Made by a program: the position numbers and the translations under genes. Source: Neophaeotheca triangularis (lineage: Eukaryota). From it: a DNA stretch of 64,000 bases. This document shows, one piece after another, positions 36,101-49,034 of the stretch. Position 1 is the first letter of the stretch. Every line of letters starts with the position of its first letter. Location of the stretch: assembly GCA_054600435.1 (NCBI GenBank), contig BAAIJX010000035.1, forward strand, positions 1 to 64,000, written 5' to 3'. The notes under the pieces are model-generated. The model saw only the letters and a program-made list of their open reading frames with translations, had not been told where the DNA came from and did no database searches.

Positions 36101-37793
36101 CAATGGTCCTTCATGCATGAGACATTGTCTAAATGCTGGCTGGCAGCTGCGACGACCCTTTTGTCGAGGTACACCGTAGTACACCCCAGTGTTCTACAGC
36201 ATGTCATGCCATGTCCACGTGCGCTGCGTGCCAACGCAGGGTAGGTAACGTCGTGAAACTCGTCACAAATCCGCTCTTGTAGGCCAGAAGACTGAAGTAC
36301 GCAAGTGGAGAGTATGTCCAGCTTGTGATGAGGCATCCTGGCGCACATTCACCCGTGCACATATGCGTGCGGCTCTTCCACTTGGCACAACCTCCAAAAG
36401 AGGCCCCACATGCACGTGGGTTTTGACAGCCCTCGCTTTACCATGCGCCAGCTGTATTACATGTCTGTAGGAACCGAGTTTTCAAGTCTTGAGCCACAGG
36501 CTCTCCTGTTGCGTCGTATCTTCAACGGCATCCCTCCTACGTAGGTGGTAACCTGGGCGTCTGCGAATATCCGTAAGCTTGCGGCGGCGCAATCACATCG
36601 CCCTTCTGATGGCTGAATCGAAAAAAGCCGGCAACGGAATCGTGCCTCCTATTCGGCTCCTTCGAACCGCTCGGCTGCACCACATGAGAAGGAGATTGCC
36701 ACGTGGTTTCCGTTCTCTTGAGAACCTGGTGTCACTACTAGTCGCTTGCGTCTGTCGTACGCGTTTCGGGCAAGGACACAACTCGTAGCAAGGGCATCCT
36801 CAACGACAGCGTCGATCTCACTCAACAAGCAGGGACGCCGTATTTTGGGCTCGGCAGTGCACACTGACATAGCAGGCGAGCGAATTGTAACAAGTTCGAT
36901 TGACAGGTGTCAGCGGTACTTGCTGCATCTTTCCATCTTTGAGGTTTCGCCAGCACGAGTGTTGAGTAGAGAGCTTGGTTGGAGCTGAGTAAAGAGGCCA
37001 CGATGGATCATGATCTTCTCGTAAATCACCGCTGCTTACCTTGAAGAGAACCCAGCCACTGTTTGGTCGGCGATGGTGGGATTTAGACTTGCGCAGAGCC
37101 TTGTCAAAAAGCAGGTGCATGTATGTCTAGAGCTGAGGGTCGGAATTACCTACACAACAGTACTGTACATGGGTAGTACCTTTTACTCTCTTTCCAAGAC
37201 CGTTTATCGATAGGGCATCCATCTCGACCACAAGTGCGGAACAAAAGCCGATGAACACTTGGCCAAGTGAACCTAGGTAGCTTTTGGTAGTTCCTCTCCA
37301 TGTTAGGTAGTAGTAGTAGTAGTTAGGTGGACTCTATCCCTCGGAGTCGGAAGTGGTTGATTTTTGGGTTCAATCTTGCATTGTCGGCGAGCTCCCGTTC
37401 TCACGTTCATAAAGCTACGCATAGCGTATTCGCCACATCGCTACATAGAGGTACCTACTACTATGTAGTAAGTAGGGTAGAATGTCAAAGTAGCGCTAAA
37501 AGTTGTAGACAACTCACGAGTGTGATAAAAAGGTAATCGATAATTAATGATGACACTACTGATATGATAGGTATGCACTATGCAGCCATGACAGCTCTTG
37601 TAAGAAATCTAAGTTTGCCCCACTCCAGCTCACTCATCCTTCCATTACCAATACTAGTCGATACTACTCTACTACTCTCTACCCAAACACGGCGACTGTA
37701 CGACTGACGACCCAAGCCGATCCGATAGTTATACCCTGCTCCCCGCCCCGACCATCACCGTACAACGGCCCCCCCGAGTCGAATCAAACAAAC

Positions 37794-37841
37794 AATAATA
37801 ATCATCATCATAATAATAATAATAATAATAATTCAATAATA
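37794..37841. repeat. (AAT/CAT)n microsatellite abutting a start codon
   Basis: Read directly from the sequence. Confidence 0.85.
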
Positions 37842-38633
37842 ATGCCCGTGGCGGCGAGGTTCACCAAGTTCCTCGGAAGGCGGGCGAGCCATGCACCTCA
37901 CACCCAAGACTCGCGGGAAACACCACCCACTTCGTTCCTTAGCCTGCCCCCCGAGATCAGGAATACAATCTACGCCTTGGCCGCCCAAGACTCTCGCCTC
38001 GATCTATGGCGTCCCGTCAGACCCTTCAGACCCCAAGTCAAGCGCCCTCCACCCGGCCTGACGTTGGTCTCGAAGCAAGTGCGCAGCGAGTACTTGCCTC
38101 TTTTCCTCGCCACCGCGCCCGTAACCGCCTACATTCACGACTTCCACTTCCGCCCTCTGATCCGCTTGATCGGCGGGCTGTACGCGAAGGAGCTGAATGC
38201 ATTGCGAGCGAATCCGCACCGCGACATTGTCATGCTCGTCAATGCCGACGCTGTTGCCGCCGACTACGCCCGCTCGGACATGAGCGCGATGGATAGTCTG
38301 ATCCTGCCTTTGCGACGGTGGCTGGCCCACCGGGCAAACTCTGTCGACGATCTCACTTGGACTTACACCATGACCTTGGTCAATCGGAACCTCAACAGAC
38401 GACCTCCGGAGTTTTGCTACATGAAATTGTCTGATCTGTTGCGGCGACTTGGCGAACGTGTCACGGAAGCACTGGAGTGGGAACTCGATCTAATTTGTTA
38501 CGCACCAATGTACACCGTCTCAGCGGAGGGCGAAGACGAGCTCAAATTCGTTTCCATGGGCAGGCGAGCCCGTGCAGGTGGGCACAAACAGGCCGAAATC
38601 ACACGAGCTCTGCGCGAACAGTTAAGCGGCTGA
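37842..38633 (+). CDS. F-box-like domain protein
   Basis: SFLSLPPEIRNTIYALA followed by PPGLTLVSKQVRSEYLPLF. Confidence 0.75.
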   Translation: MPVAARFTKFLGRRASHAPHTQDSRETPPTSFLSLPPEIRNTIYALAAQDSRLDLWRPVRPFRPQVKRPPPGLTLVSKQVRSEYLPLFLATAPVTAYIHDFHFRPLIRLIGGLYAKELNALRANPHRDIVMLVNADAVAADYARSDMSAMDSLILPLRRWLAHRANSVDDLTWTYTMTLVNRNLNRRPPEFCYMKLSDLLRRLGERVTEALEWELDLICYAPMYTVSAEGEDELKFVSMGRRARAGGHKQAEITRALREQLSG

Positions 38634-38680
38634 ATTGGGCGCTACGCATTGTCGTGGAAAGACGTTCAGCATATGGACTA

Positions 38681-39742
38681 TTACCAGCTCACGATGCCCT
38701 TTTCCCTGTCGAACCCGCCTCTCAGCTGCCTCTCCGGCTTCACCACCTTGCCCTGCAGGACGGTAAAGCGAACAATGTTCTCGCAATCCTCCGGCCTCAC
38801 GCGCGCAAGCCAAATGCACTGCGCCGCCTCGCTCTCGTTCGCGGCACCCCCATTCCGCATTTGCTCAGGGACTGTCCGCTTGGGCTCCTCCCGCCGGTAA
38901 ACCATCATATTCGCGCTATACTTGTGCCCGCCGACGTGAGAGATGAAGTAGATGCCTACGCCTCCCGGTCGCTCGTCGCCCAAGTCGCGAAACAGTCCCA
39001 AGGGTCGCAAGTGGCGCTCCAACTCTCTGCGAAGTAGAGGCGCAGACTGGCCGCACCTTGCGTCACGCGTCGCTTGAGAACACATGAGAATGATGTACTT
39101 GTGAGGACAGCTACGCAGGGAAAGCCCAGCAGGAAGATCTTTTGGGGACGGCGGTGCAGTGTCTTGGCCTCCATTCTGCTGCCCTGTTGACGTGGGGAGC
39201 ATCGACGTGTTGGTCGGCGCGGTATTGACAACACTTGATATCAGCTCGGGAACGTGGTTCGGGGTGACATTGTCGATGAATGTAAACGAAGGTAGCAATA
39301 ACACGGTAGTCGGACGGTCCTTGCCGTACGGGCCCTCGCTGTGGTTGTCCTCTGGCACAGGCATGTTGCTAGCACTCAGCATCAATTTCCCACCCGCCAC
39401 CTCGCCGTCATGCTTGCCCACAGCCTCCATGACGCTGCCCTTTTCATCCGCCACATCTCGCACCCAGTCCGTTTTACCCGTCGCGACGACAAGATGCCTG
39501 CTCCAACCCTGAATGTGTCCGTACAGCTTGTCCTCCCAGTCAATCTCGAACTTCCTAGGGTAATGGATGGTGCACGTTTCGCAGTCGTGCAAGCAGTCCT
39601 CCCCATCTACCTCCTGCGCCGTTCTTGTGAAAAGCTGATGGGCAGCTTTGGCCGTGTGAAAGCCATCGTCGCGTTTAGTCAGGTCAGTAGTCGACTGGCC
39701 GGGGGTGATTTTGGCGCTGATGGTGCGGAGGAAGGAGGTCAT
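38681..39742 (-). CDS. APD1: Sucrase/ferredoxin-like (thioredoxin-like 2Fe-2S) protein, Apd1 type
   Basis: CSQATRDARCG and SHVGGHKYSAN; N-terminal DCLHDCETC; ATGKTDW. Confidence 0.85.
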   Translation of the reverse strand: MTSFLRTISAKITPGQSTTDLTKRDDGFHTAKAAHQLFTRTAQEVDGEDCLHDCETCTIHYPRKFEIDWEDKLYGHIQGWSRHLVVATGKTDWVRDVADEKGSVMEAVGKHDGEVAGGKLMLSASNMPVPEDNHSEGPYGKDRPTTVLLLPSFTFIDNVTPNHVPELISSVVNTAPTNTSMLPTSTGQQNGGQDTAPPSPKDLPAGLSLRSCPHKYIILMCSQATRDARCGQSAPLLRRELERHLRPLGLFRDLGDERPGGVGIYFISHVGGHKYSANMMVYRREEPKRTVPEQMRNGGAANESEAAQCIWLARVRPEDCENIVRFTVLQGKVVKPERQLRGGFDREKGIVSW

Positions 39743-40172
39743 GTTTTTCGGATGCGGTGTCGAAGTAGCTTGCCCTGGTCATGCGAGGGGACGGGGAAGG
39801 ATTTATCAATCTTATCTGACCGTGCTTGTTGTGCGGAATTCAATGCGCCGGTGGGGACGCCACGGAAACAGCTGCCTAGTCTAGTACTTGTGGGTGAGGA
39901 GTAGGTAGCCTACTACTAGGTACAGTATGTACAATGACAATCTGCTGCCTAATAAATATGTACTGCCGGCTTAGACAACCGAGAAGACAACACTACCACC
40001 TCGTCTTCTCGGGCTATCCTGACTTGTGGAGTTGCTGATTCGATGATTGTCCAGTGCCTATTGCCCATAGCCGCTCCCCGCGTCTTCAAAGCCAGTCAGG
40101 GGCTGCTACTCTCATCAGATTTACCAAACAATGTCCAGCCTCCATAAAGGTCAATAAAAAGCATCGCGCGGA

Positions 40173-41213
40173 ATGAACCGATGCATCTTTCTCACCGGCA
40201 GCCCTGATGCGGATTCACTTGACTGGTCTAATAGCCTTCTTTCCGAATTCCAGACCCCCTTGAGGAGACATCTCGGTTTACTCGAGCCGGAGTTGTCAGC
40301 ACCGGAACCGGCTCCTTCGCTGGCCTTGCCGAAATGGAGAGCTATCACTTTAGACGCCAAAGAAGACGACCATGCGGGACCACCAGAAAATTCATTCCCA
40401 AATCACAGCGAGGGCCAGGCCGACTCTCCCACAGACCGTGTTGGCTTCCTAGAGTACTCCCTCGCCCTCATCGAAGGCCTGGATCCCTCCCAAGTCGGCG
40501 CATCCCTAGAGACAGCCGGCGACGGCAGCACATTGCTGTCCACAGCCTCCTTCTCCACGAGCCTCGACAGCACAGCACTGGCATCCTTCTCCCCGTCATC
40601 CGCAGACTCCAACCAACAAGCCGACAACACAACCCCGCTCCTTCACTTCTCCGGGACCATCACAGACCTCCGCGGCATACCCACCGCCCAGCACTTGCTA
40701 CGCATCCAACCGCAAACGCCCACGGTCAACCTGGTCGCGAGCATCATCGCCGTGGCGCCCGCGCGCACCGTGCGGCTGCGCAAACGCAACAGCGAAATGG
40801 ACATTATCGAGGTGACGGTGGGCGACGAGACGCGCGCGGGCTTCGCCATCAGCTTCTGGGTCGTGCCGCAGGAAAGCCAGCAGAAACCTCGCGACGACAT
40901 GCGCGAGGCGCTGAGCCGGCTGCGGAGTGGGAATGTCGTTTTGTTCCAGAATCTCGCGCTGTCCGAGTTTCGCGGCAATGTTTATGGTCAGAGTTTGAGT
41001 AAGCGGTTTGCACGCAACAGCTCTAGTGTCGCTGTGCTTGATCGGTCGAGGGGATGGGAGGACGTCGTGCAGTCGGTGGGCGCGCAGTTTGGGAATAAGG
41101 TCAAGCGGGTGCGGGCTTGGGCTGATGCTTTTGTTGGCCTGCCTCCAACGAGTACCCTTTACGACAGGGATGATGCGCATGTAGGCGAGGAGCTTCCGCC
41201 TGATACGCAGTGA
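40173..41213 (+). CDS. Putative OB-fold nucleic-acid-binding protein
   Basis: C-terminal domain TVNLVASII..IIEVTVGDETRAGFAISFW..LRSGNVVLFQNLALSEFRGNVYGQS has an OB-fold strand pattern. Confidence 0.7.
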   Translation: MNRCIFLTGSPDADSLDWSNSLLSEFQTPLRRHLGLLEPELSAPEPAPSLALPKWRAITLDAKEDDHAGPPENSFPNHSEGQADSPTDRVGFLEYSLALIEGLDPSQVGASLETAGDGSTLLSTASFSTSLDSTALASFSPSSADSNQQADNTTPLLHFSGTITDLRGIPTAQHLLRIQPQTPTVNLVASIIAVAPARTVRLRKRNSEMDIIEVTVGDETRAGFAISFWVVPQESQQKPRDDMREALSRLRSGNVVLFQNLALSEFRGNVYGQSLSKRFARNSSSVAVLDRSRGWEDVVQSVGAQFGNKVKRVRAWADAFVGLPPTSTLYDRDDAHVGEELPPDTQ

Positions 41214-41410
41214 GATACGCAGTGAGAGGACTGGGTGGGGGTGATTAAATGTTCCATGCATTTCCTAGGTGCAGTGCCATAGGCTGTCATGAAGCCCCTC
41301 CCATAAACGTACATAATGCATGGTATCATAATTTGCCGTCGCGCTCTTCCGACCAAGACCCTCAAGCTGCCAGCGCGCCTCACTCCAATATGCTTACAAG
41401 ATGGTTACAA

Positions 41411-42328
41411 TCATTTCCCATTCCCGTTATCTCGCTTGTCCATCTCGTCCTGTAGCCCTGCCATCTGCGTCTCCTCGTAGCCAGGCGGAGGCTCATTAGG
41501 AGGACTGAAAGCGTTGTCCGTCGCCTTTGGTCTAGGCCGCTCATCCTGCACCGCAATCCCACTATCCCTCTGAGGCTGTTGCGCCGCCGCCGCAGCCGCC
41601 GCGACCGCAGTCGGAGGCATCAAAGGACCGTCACTCTGCTCCTGATACGCGGGCAAGTCCTCCAAATTCACATTCGAGACATCCACGCCGTTCATGGCTC
41701 CAGCCGACGAGCTCGCGCCATCGCCCTGGATCCTCGAAACCTCAATCGCCTGCTGCAGTCGCTCGCGTATGCGTTCGTACTGGGTGTGGAAGTCGAAAGC
41801 GCCGCCTTCTTTGAAAGTGAACTTGACTTCGACGACGCCGGTCGCTGGCGTTGGGATGCCGCCGCCTTGCACGGGCTGCATCAGCGCTTGCCAGACGTTT
41901 GGACCGAAAAAGGGAGCTGTGACGTGGGAGTCGTGGAGGTTGAGGATCGGGGCGGCGAAAGATTGGAACTTGTCCGTGGGCTTGTCGGGGAGGTAGATGA
42001 GTCTTCGGTTGGTGAGGTAGAGGACGCCGGCTGAGGAGGAGAGATTGTAGGGTTGTTGTTGCTTGCCGGGGTAGTGTTGCGGGGACGAGACGGTGAGGGA
42101 TATCCGGGGCGGGGAGGTGAAGAGGTTCTGTTCCGAGGGAAGAGGTGTATAGGGAGGTGTGGTGGCAGGTGAGAGCATCACCCAGCTTTTGAGGTGTGAG
42201 CGGATGCGGTTTTGAGCTTTGGTACAGGACATTATGAGGGATAAGGGGTAGGAGATGGAGGAGAAGAGGGGAAATAAGGAGATGGTGGCAGGTAAGGACA
42301 AGATAAAGGTCACTTACTTGACAGACAT
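41411..42328 (-). CDS. WW-domain-binding protein 2 family (PH-GRAM domain plus PPxY); intron ~42186-42317
   Basis: MSVN|WVML, GVLYLTNRRLIYL, APFFGPNVW, TFKEGGAFDF, LPAY and PPPGY. Confidence 0.85.
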
Positions 42329-43187
42329 GATTGGAATGCCCTCGAGGGTGGGAGGCCGCAGGCGGTTATAAAGGGGGAGCGAGCAAACAGGCAGAGAGAG
42401 AGGGACAAGGACGGGCGGGACCAACAAGTAGTCAGGAAGATTGAGTGTCGACAAGCGCGCTATGCCTCGAATAACTATTTGCTTGCTAAATGCAGTCAGT
42501 AACGTTAATAGTAGTCGGGTATTTGAGTCTGTTCTGCTCTGCTCTGCCTCCTTTGGGAGACTTCCAGGTTGGGAGACGTCGTCAGTCGCTTGCCGCGCTT
42601 GCACCAAAAATCATGCCGCTGTTTATGCACGTGCTCGCCTTGCTTTACCTTGCATATTTCAGCACAAACTACCTAGAAAATAACCTTGGAAGCCTAACCA
42701 TTGGAATCGTAATCATTATAATAACTAAGTGATAGACTTCCTACTGCTGGAGCTTCACTAATACCTGAGTGGCGGGGGCTACAAAGGTAATTGCATTGGA
42801 TGAAGAAGTCTCGACAGTGGCCATAAGGAGATGTTAAGTCTGATCCTCACTGACATTTAGTAGACTCAACTTCATAGCATTGCACTGCCAGCTCGAGGCA
42901 CGACATCCCCGCCTCGAAAACATGCAATGTAGACTCATCATCAACCCTCCATGTCCTCAAAGCAATGTCCACCACTTTGCCATCGCCATGCCACCTCCAA
43001 CATGTGCTGCGTGAGTCCATTGCCAAACGCCAAGAAACACCAACCCTGACCCCCTCTACATGCAAAAAGAGAAGAGACAGGGAGAAGCCAGCCAGCGCTG
43101 CCAGCTGTGCACACAACTCGCCAGCCCGTGGGTATAGTAACGGAAACAAAAACCAAACGCAAGACTGACTGAAACGAAGAACAGTTT

Positions 43188-46011
43188 TCACTGCCCACGG
43201 TTACCCATGTTTTGGCGGGCCTGGGTAGTGGGAGAAGAAACGGGGGTTAGCCGATCGCAGCTCGGACTCTGTGAAGCGCAAGATAAACCGAATGGCACAG
43301 GGAGCACTAACCTTCATCATCTCAATCCTCGCCTTGAGATTCTGCGTCACCTCGGCAGCGCGGCGCCAGCTCTCAACGCCCTCGCTTTGGCTTCGGCCAA
43401 GCGTGCTTCCGGGTCTTTCTGCGCCTGCGCTGCCGTTGCTGGCGCTCATTGCGTCGCCCTCGCCGTTAGAAGCGGGTGTCGCGCGGCCTGAAGATCCATT
43501 CGACATTGGTCGCGACTGCGAGCCACCACGAGATGGATATGAAGGCGGCGCCATATCCCCAGCGAACTTGTCCTCGGACTCGTAGTTCTCTTTGCCTTCC
43601 ATCGAGCCATTGCCGTACTCAGAAGACATGCGGGTAGGTTGTTGTCGAGGAGTGCCAGCGACCGAAGGGTTGTAAGACCTCCCAGACCCATACGCGGGGC
43701 GATGGGCCAGAGCCTCGCCATTTGCGGCGCCGTAACCTGGCGTCGTCTCCATAGAGTTGTCTCCGCCGTGTGTGCGGCTGAGCCTGCTGATTTCGCGCTT
43801 GAGGCGTTCGATTTCCTTGCTTTGCGAGTTGGCGCGGTCCTCGGCGTTTTCCGCATCGGATCGTGCGCGCACGAGCTGTGTCTCCTTTGCCTTGATCTGA
43901 AGTACGTCGCGGGTGTGGTCTTCAATCAGTTGGGCGTTCATGTTTTGCAGCTCAGCGACCTGTGAGGTAAGCTTCATCTTTTCGTTGCGGAGGTCTGAGC
44001 TCTGTTGCCGCACAAGTTCAATCTCTTGACGGAGGTCAGATAGCTCTTGGCGTTCGGCGCTGGAAATCGACGAGACTGGGGCCTCTTCGCGTGGAGCAGG
44101 AGGTGGCGAACCGGGTGCTGCCGTAGGTTTGCCCAAAGGTCGACCGGCAAGACCACGACCGGGCGCTGAGAGACCCGATTTCGGCGTAGCGGCTGGCGGT
44201 GGGTCGTCCAAGACCATGCCCTGCCGCTTCGGAGATGATGCACCAGCAGAAGATGCGGAAGGTGTCTTCAAACCAGGCCTCTGTAACCCACTCTTCGCGC
44301 CCGGTGGCTTGAGACCCGGTTTCGTGGCTGGCTTGCTAGTCGGTCGCGGAGCCAGAGGCGCGTCGTCTGCAGGGGGACTTGGCGCCCTTACTGGCGCTGC
44401 GGGCTTCTTCGCTCCGGCTGGCTTCTTGGTGCCTGCAGCAGGCTTCTTCGTAGCTGCTGGCGCCGCCTTTGGTGGGGGAGCGGCCTTTGGCTTCCACTTC
44501 GCCCTGACCTCTGCGGCATCGCTGAACTCCTTGACCTTGGCTTTGCGGATGTCGTCCAACCCTTCGAGATGCGGAAGCATGTTCCGATCACCCATAATCT
44601 TCCAAAGGACGCCCAAGGTCTCCGCACCAATATCTCGCAGGTTCGCAGCACTTTCCGTCAAAAGCTTAGTTCCGACGCCGGCAAAAGCCTTGGTTGAATC
44701 GATGGTGGGTGCTTCACGAGTAGCTTTGAGGCATCGGACCAGAAGCTTCGCAGATTGCTCTTTGACTTGAGGGTTCTTGTTCTGAAGCGCCTCCAAAATT
44801 TCGCCCTCCACATCGGGTAATCCAGTAGCGGCAACGACAGCATCGCAAGCAGCAGCAATCGCATCCGTGACGCTAGTCTTCTTCTCTTTAAACCTCTCAA
44901 GCATTGGCATGAAAATCGTGGATTTGTAGCGCCCGAAAGACTTCCGCAACCCCTTGGCTATACATTCCACGCAGTTGGCAGCCACAGTGACGACGGCAAT
45001 GTTGGCATCTTTCATGCTTTTTGCCAACCCGCGCATGACGTTGTCGTACGGTCCTTCCTGGAGAGCTGGGTGGTTTACAGCTGCGAGTGTTTCGTCTAGG
45101 GCATCCTTCCTGTCCTTCCACTTGGTGCTTGCGAGTCTTTCGTCAAAGTCCTTGGGTATCTTCTTGAAAGGATCTACCGCCTCAAACTCGGGCTCCAGAT
45201 CGATACCCGCATCTTCTTCGTCTTCTTCACCGCCTTCTCCAGCGCCATCGTCGTCCTGAGCAGTCTCCGCCTCTCGCTCCTTCGCCGCCTGCTGAGAGCG
45301 GAGCAGTCGCTCTTGTTGTGGCGTTGGTTCAGCTTTGATGGGCTCGAACATCTTCTCTAGGTCCTTTTGTTGGACTTCCTTCAATTCGTTCCAAAACAGC
45401 GGCTTCATTGCTTCCCGTAGCCATCGGTAGAGCTCGACAGTCAGGTTTTGCGACTCGGCACGGACATTCTTGTCCGCATGACCATACATCTTCGGAAGCT
45501 GCTTGAGGACAGGCTTAGGTTCAACCGTCTTGCATCCGTATGCGTGGAAAGTGGCAGTCAAGGCTGAAAGAGCAGCCACGATGACTTTTGGTGTCTTGGC
45601 CGAAAGCAATGGGAGTATCTCTTCGACGACAGGATCCGCCTTGTCAAGCTCAATGAGCAGTAGCAAGCTTTCCATGGCCGCTGCCTTTGCTGCTGGCCTT
45701 CCAGTCAAACCCTTCTCAATGATAGGCTGGACAGTAGAGTTACGAGACTTCTTCGCGCCTTCTGGGCCCGCGGCGTCCAAGAAGGCATTGTAGGCGTGCA
45801 GGGCCTCTTGTTGCGCGGCTACATTGCTGTCGGCTACTGCTGCCTTCCATAAGCCGGTGTCTAGTATGAACTCGCGCAGAACAGGGTCTGAAGGCTGCGC
45901 AACCTTGAAGTCTTTGGTTGCAGTCTCATATCCCCCTTTGCGTGCCTTCCAATTCTTGTGGGCGAATTGATCAGGGAGAGGGAGCTGGGTGAAGTCTTCG
46001 GAGTCGCCCAT
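43188..46011 (-). CDS. STU2: XMAP215/Dis1 TOG-domain microtubule polymerase (last intron ~43221-43311)
   Basis: TOG1 HKNWKAR..DSNVAAQ, TOG2 STKWKDRKDAL, basic linker, coiled coil, and WRRAAEVTQNLKARIEMMK|AR. Confidence 0.95.
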
Positions 46012-46638
46012 GATGGGCTATGAAGGCGGTGGGTTGTGTTTATGGATGCGCCGCTACCTTGGCCGAGTGGAGGTGAGGGGCGAAGAGAACTCCAGTGTAG
46101 CGTACTTCCAGTGGTCGAGGTGGCGTCCTGTAGCAACAATGGTGCGTTGCGGTATGGTTCGATTGATAGGAGTGAAGTTCGGGTAGCGTAGCCAGTGCAC
46201 TGTAGTAGTCCACCGGAGTAGGTTTGCATCGATAAACAGTCGCCCCCGCGTCACAGCAACCGCCGCACTTCACTCCGCCACACCTTCCGACTGTCCAATC
46301 TCCACCACTAGCCACAGCAGCTGGTCGCGTTTACTTTGCTCTACACGCACCGCTCCCAAGCACGACGGGAGTATACAAACATTCCGCCCAACTCTCGCAC
46401 ATTTACAACAAGACTGCTCCACGACTGAATCGCGTAATACCTTACCAGACGCTTGTCTATCCTCTAACAGCCACGCTCACCCCGAACATATCCGAGACAC
46501 GTTCTCACTCAAAGTGAAAGGCGGCCTTTGGGTCTCAATTGAGTACTGACCGTGGGGAGGCGGCCTCTTATTAGAAGAGACCATCGACTGCCTTCCTACG
46601 GCGCATGGAGCTTTCGGTCTAAAAAGGCAGCGTACGAA

Positions 46639-48103
46639 ATGAGCAAGCTACTTACTTCGCGGCAGGCTGACGAGCTGTACGTTGCTACCCCAATACTCTC
46701 CCTGTCCTTCGATCTCCCGCTGATCATTCGCTGACAGTCACAAGTCCCTGATCGCCTACCTCAACTCACAAGGCTACTCCAAGTCCGCCCAATCTATTCG
46801 CGATGAGCTCGACATCCCCGAAGAGCAGTTCGATCCGGCCACGGCCAAGAAGTATGAGGGGCTCTTGGAGAAGAAATGGACCAGTGTTGTTCGCCTACAG
46901 AAGAAGATCATGGAGCTAGAGAACAAATCATCCCAGTTGCAAAGCGAGCTCGACACTGCGACTCCTGGTTCATTGGCTGCGAGGAAGAATCACGACCCTG
47001 CTACGTGGCTGCCGCGAGCCCCTGCGAGGCATACTCTTCAGTCGCATCGGCAGCCCGTCTCGTGTTTGGCCTTTCACCCGCTGTTTTCATCTTTGGCATC
47101 CGGCAGCGAAGACTGTACCATCAAGATCTGGGATTACGAGCTGGGGGAGTTGGAGCGGACATTGAAGTCTCACACTAAGCCCGTACTCGATGTTGACTTT
47201 GGGGGCCCGAGAGGGAACACGCTGTTAGCCTCCTGCAGCTCTGATCTCACAGTAAAGTTATGGGACCCCAGCGAAGAGTACAAGAACATTCGTACGTTGC
47301 CTGGCCACGACCACAGCGTCAGCAGCGTTCGCTTCATTCCTTCCGGTGCAGCAGGTGCTCCACTCAGTGGTAATCTCCTCGCATCCGCTAGCAGAGACCG
47401 AACAATACGCATTTGGGACGTCACTACTGGATATTGCTTGCGGACACTGCGCGGCCATGGCGATTGGGTCCGGTCACTCTCCCCCTCCCTAGATGGCCGA
47501 TGGCTCATATCGACTTCCTCCGACCAGTCAGCTCGCCTATGGGATCTGTCGCAGCCCGACACCAACAGCCTGAAGCAAACCTTCATGGCGCACGACCACG
47601 TCATAGAATGTTGTGCTCTCGCCCCAGCCTCCTCATATCAACACCTCGCAGCCCTTGCTGGACTTGGGAAGGCGCCTCCGGCTTCCAGCTCAGCAGAGTA
47701 CCTAGCCACAGGCGGTAGGGACAAACTCATCAAACTCCACGGCTCCAATGGTGTCACGATAAAGACACTGACCGGCCACGACAACTGGATACGAGCCCTA
47801 GCCTTCCATCCTGGAGGCAAGTACCTCCTCTCTGCTAGTGACGACAAGACAATACGGTGCTGGGACCTTTCGCAGGAAGGCAAGTGCGTGAGAGTCGTCG
47901 AAGCAGCTGATCACTTCGTATCATGTCTTCGATGGGCGCCATCTATCTTCAAAGATCCCGGCGGGTCGGGTGGATCGGATGGAACTGGGGCGCAGACCAA
48001 CGGCGCTGTCGTGAAGAAGGAAGAAGCTGCCGCGAACGAGCAAATACGCTGTCTGATCGCTTGCGGCAGTGTAGATCTCAACGTGAGAGTCTTTAGTGCT
48101 TAA
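46639..48103 (+). CDS. PAC1: LIS1/NudF/Pac1 dynein regulator (intron ~46677-46738)
   Basis: [17 protein letters not shown] (LisH), [20 protein letters not shown], then WD40 repeats. Confidence 0.95.
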
Positions 48104-49034
48104 AGACTTGTCGAATGGACCACTCTCATGGCTGGTTGGCTTGTTCTTTTGGCTACAGGGGCCTCGTATCGGGCTGCGGTCTCGAACAACCTTTAGTAGA
48201 CGATGTATGAGATATATGAATACGCGCAAGGCGTTTAGTACATAGCTCTATTCGCGCACTACATCGATTGTCCTTCCACCCCGCAGCGTGGCAAGTGCTG
48301 CGTCTGTATTCTGGTTACTCAGTCAACACGCTACGGGCTATGTCGCTGCCAGATTCAATGGAGCTTTCTAATAGTATGAGATGAACAATGATCATGCTAT
48401 CAGGGCTAGCAGCACAACCAAGTCGTTGTATAGAGAGTAACAAGTTATTCCCGGTCATTCGGCGATTGGATTGGTACCTACTTACCTTAGTCTAGTAAGC
48501 TTGATGTCAAAACCATGCTTGTTTGTTTAGGCTGTTCATCCTCTCCAAGATCACCTTAACCTTCTTCAAATGCCTCCACTTCCTACTACCTACTTAGGTG
48601 GCTCCTGTCCATAGGCTACTTTTTCATCTCCTGGGAAAGCTTCGTCGACAAAGGTGTGAACGTCTTGTGGAGGGAGTTGCGATTGTTTTGTTGTGCAAGA
48701 TTGCTTGTTGACTAGACAAAACCGTGGAATAGCTGACGCTTAGGTAGTAGCCAGAATTGGACTACTGCTTGAGTAGGAACACGTGTTTCAATAAGGCAAG
48801 CGCAACGCTGTTGAAGGAGTCTCCATCTCAAATTGATAGGAAAAGAAGCCATGTCGAGCATTTTAGGCTTCATGAATATGCAAGTGCCCCTTACGAGCTC
48901 CTATTGGCAAGCACCTTCTCTTTATTCCAGCGTTCACCTGGACATTTTCAAGTGCAACGGCGTCACCCTAACAGTATCCCTGCAAGCCTGTTATCGTAAG
49001 ACGATGACATGGCGGCACAGACCTCCTGCATTGA

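Noticed and set aside
41202..41225. 12-bp tandem duplication spanning a stop codon as a transposon footprint
   Set aside because: Equally explained by slippage; no effect on the protein and no other evidence.
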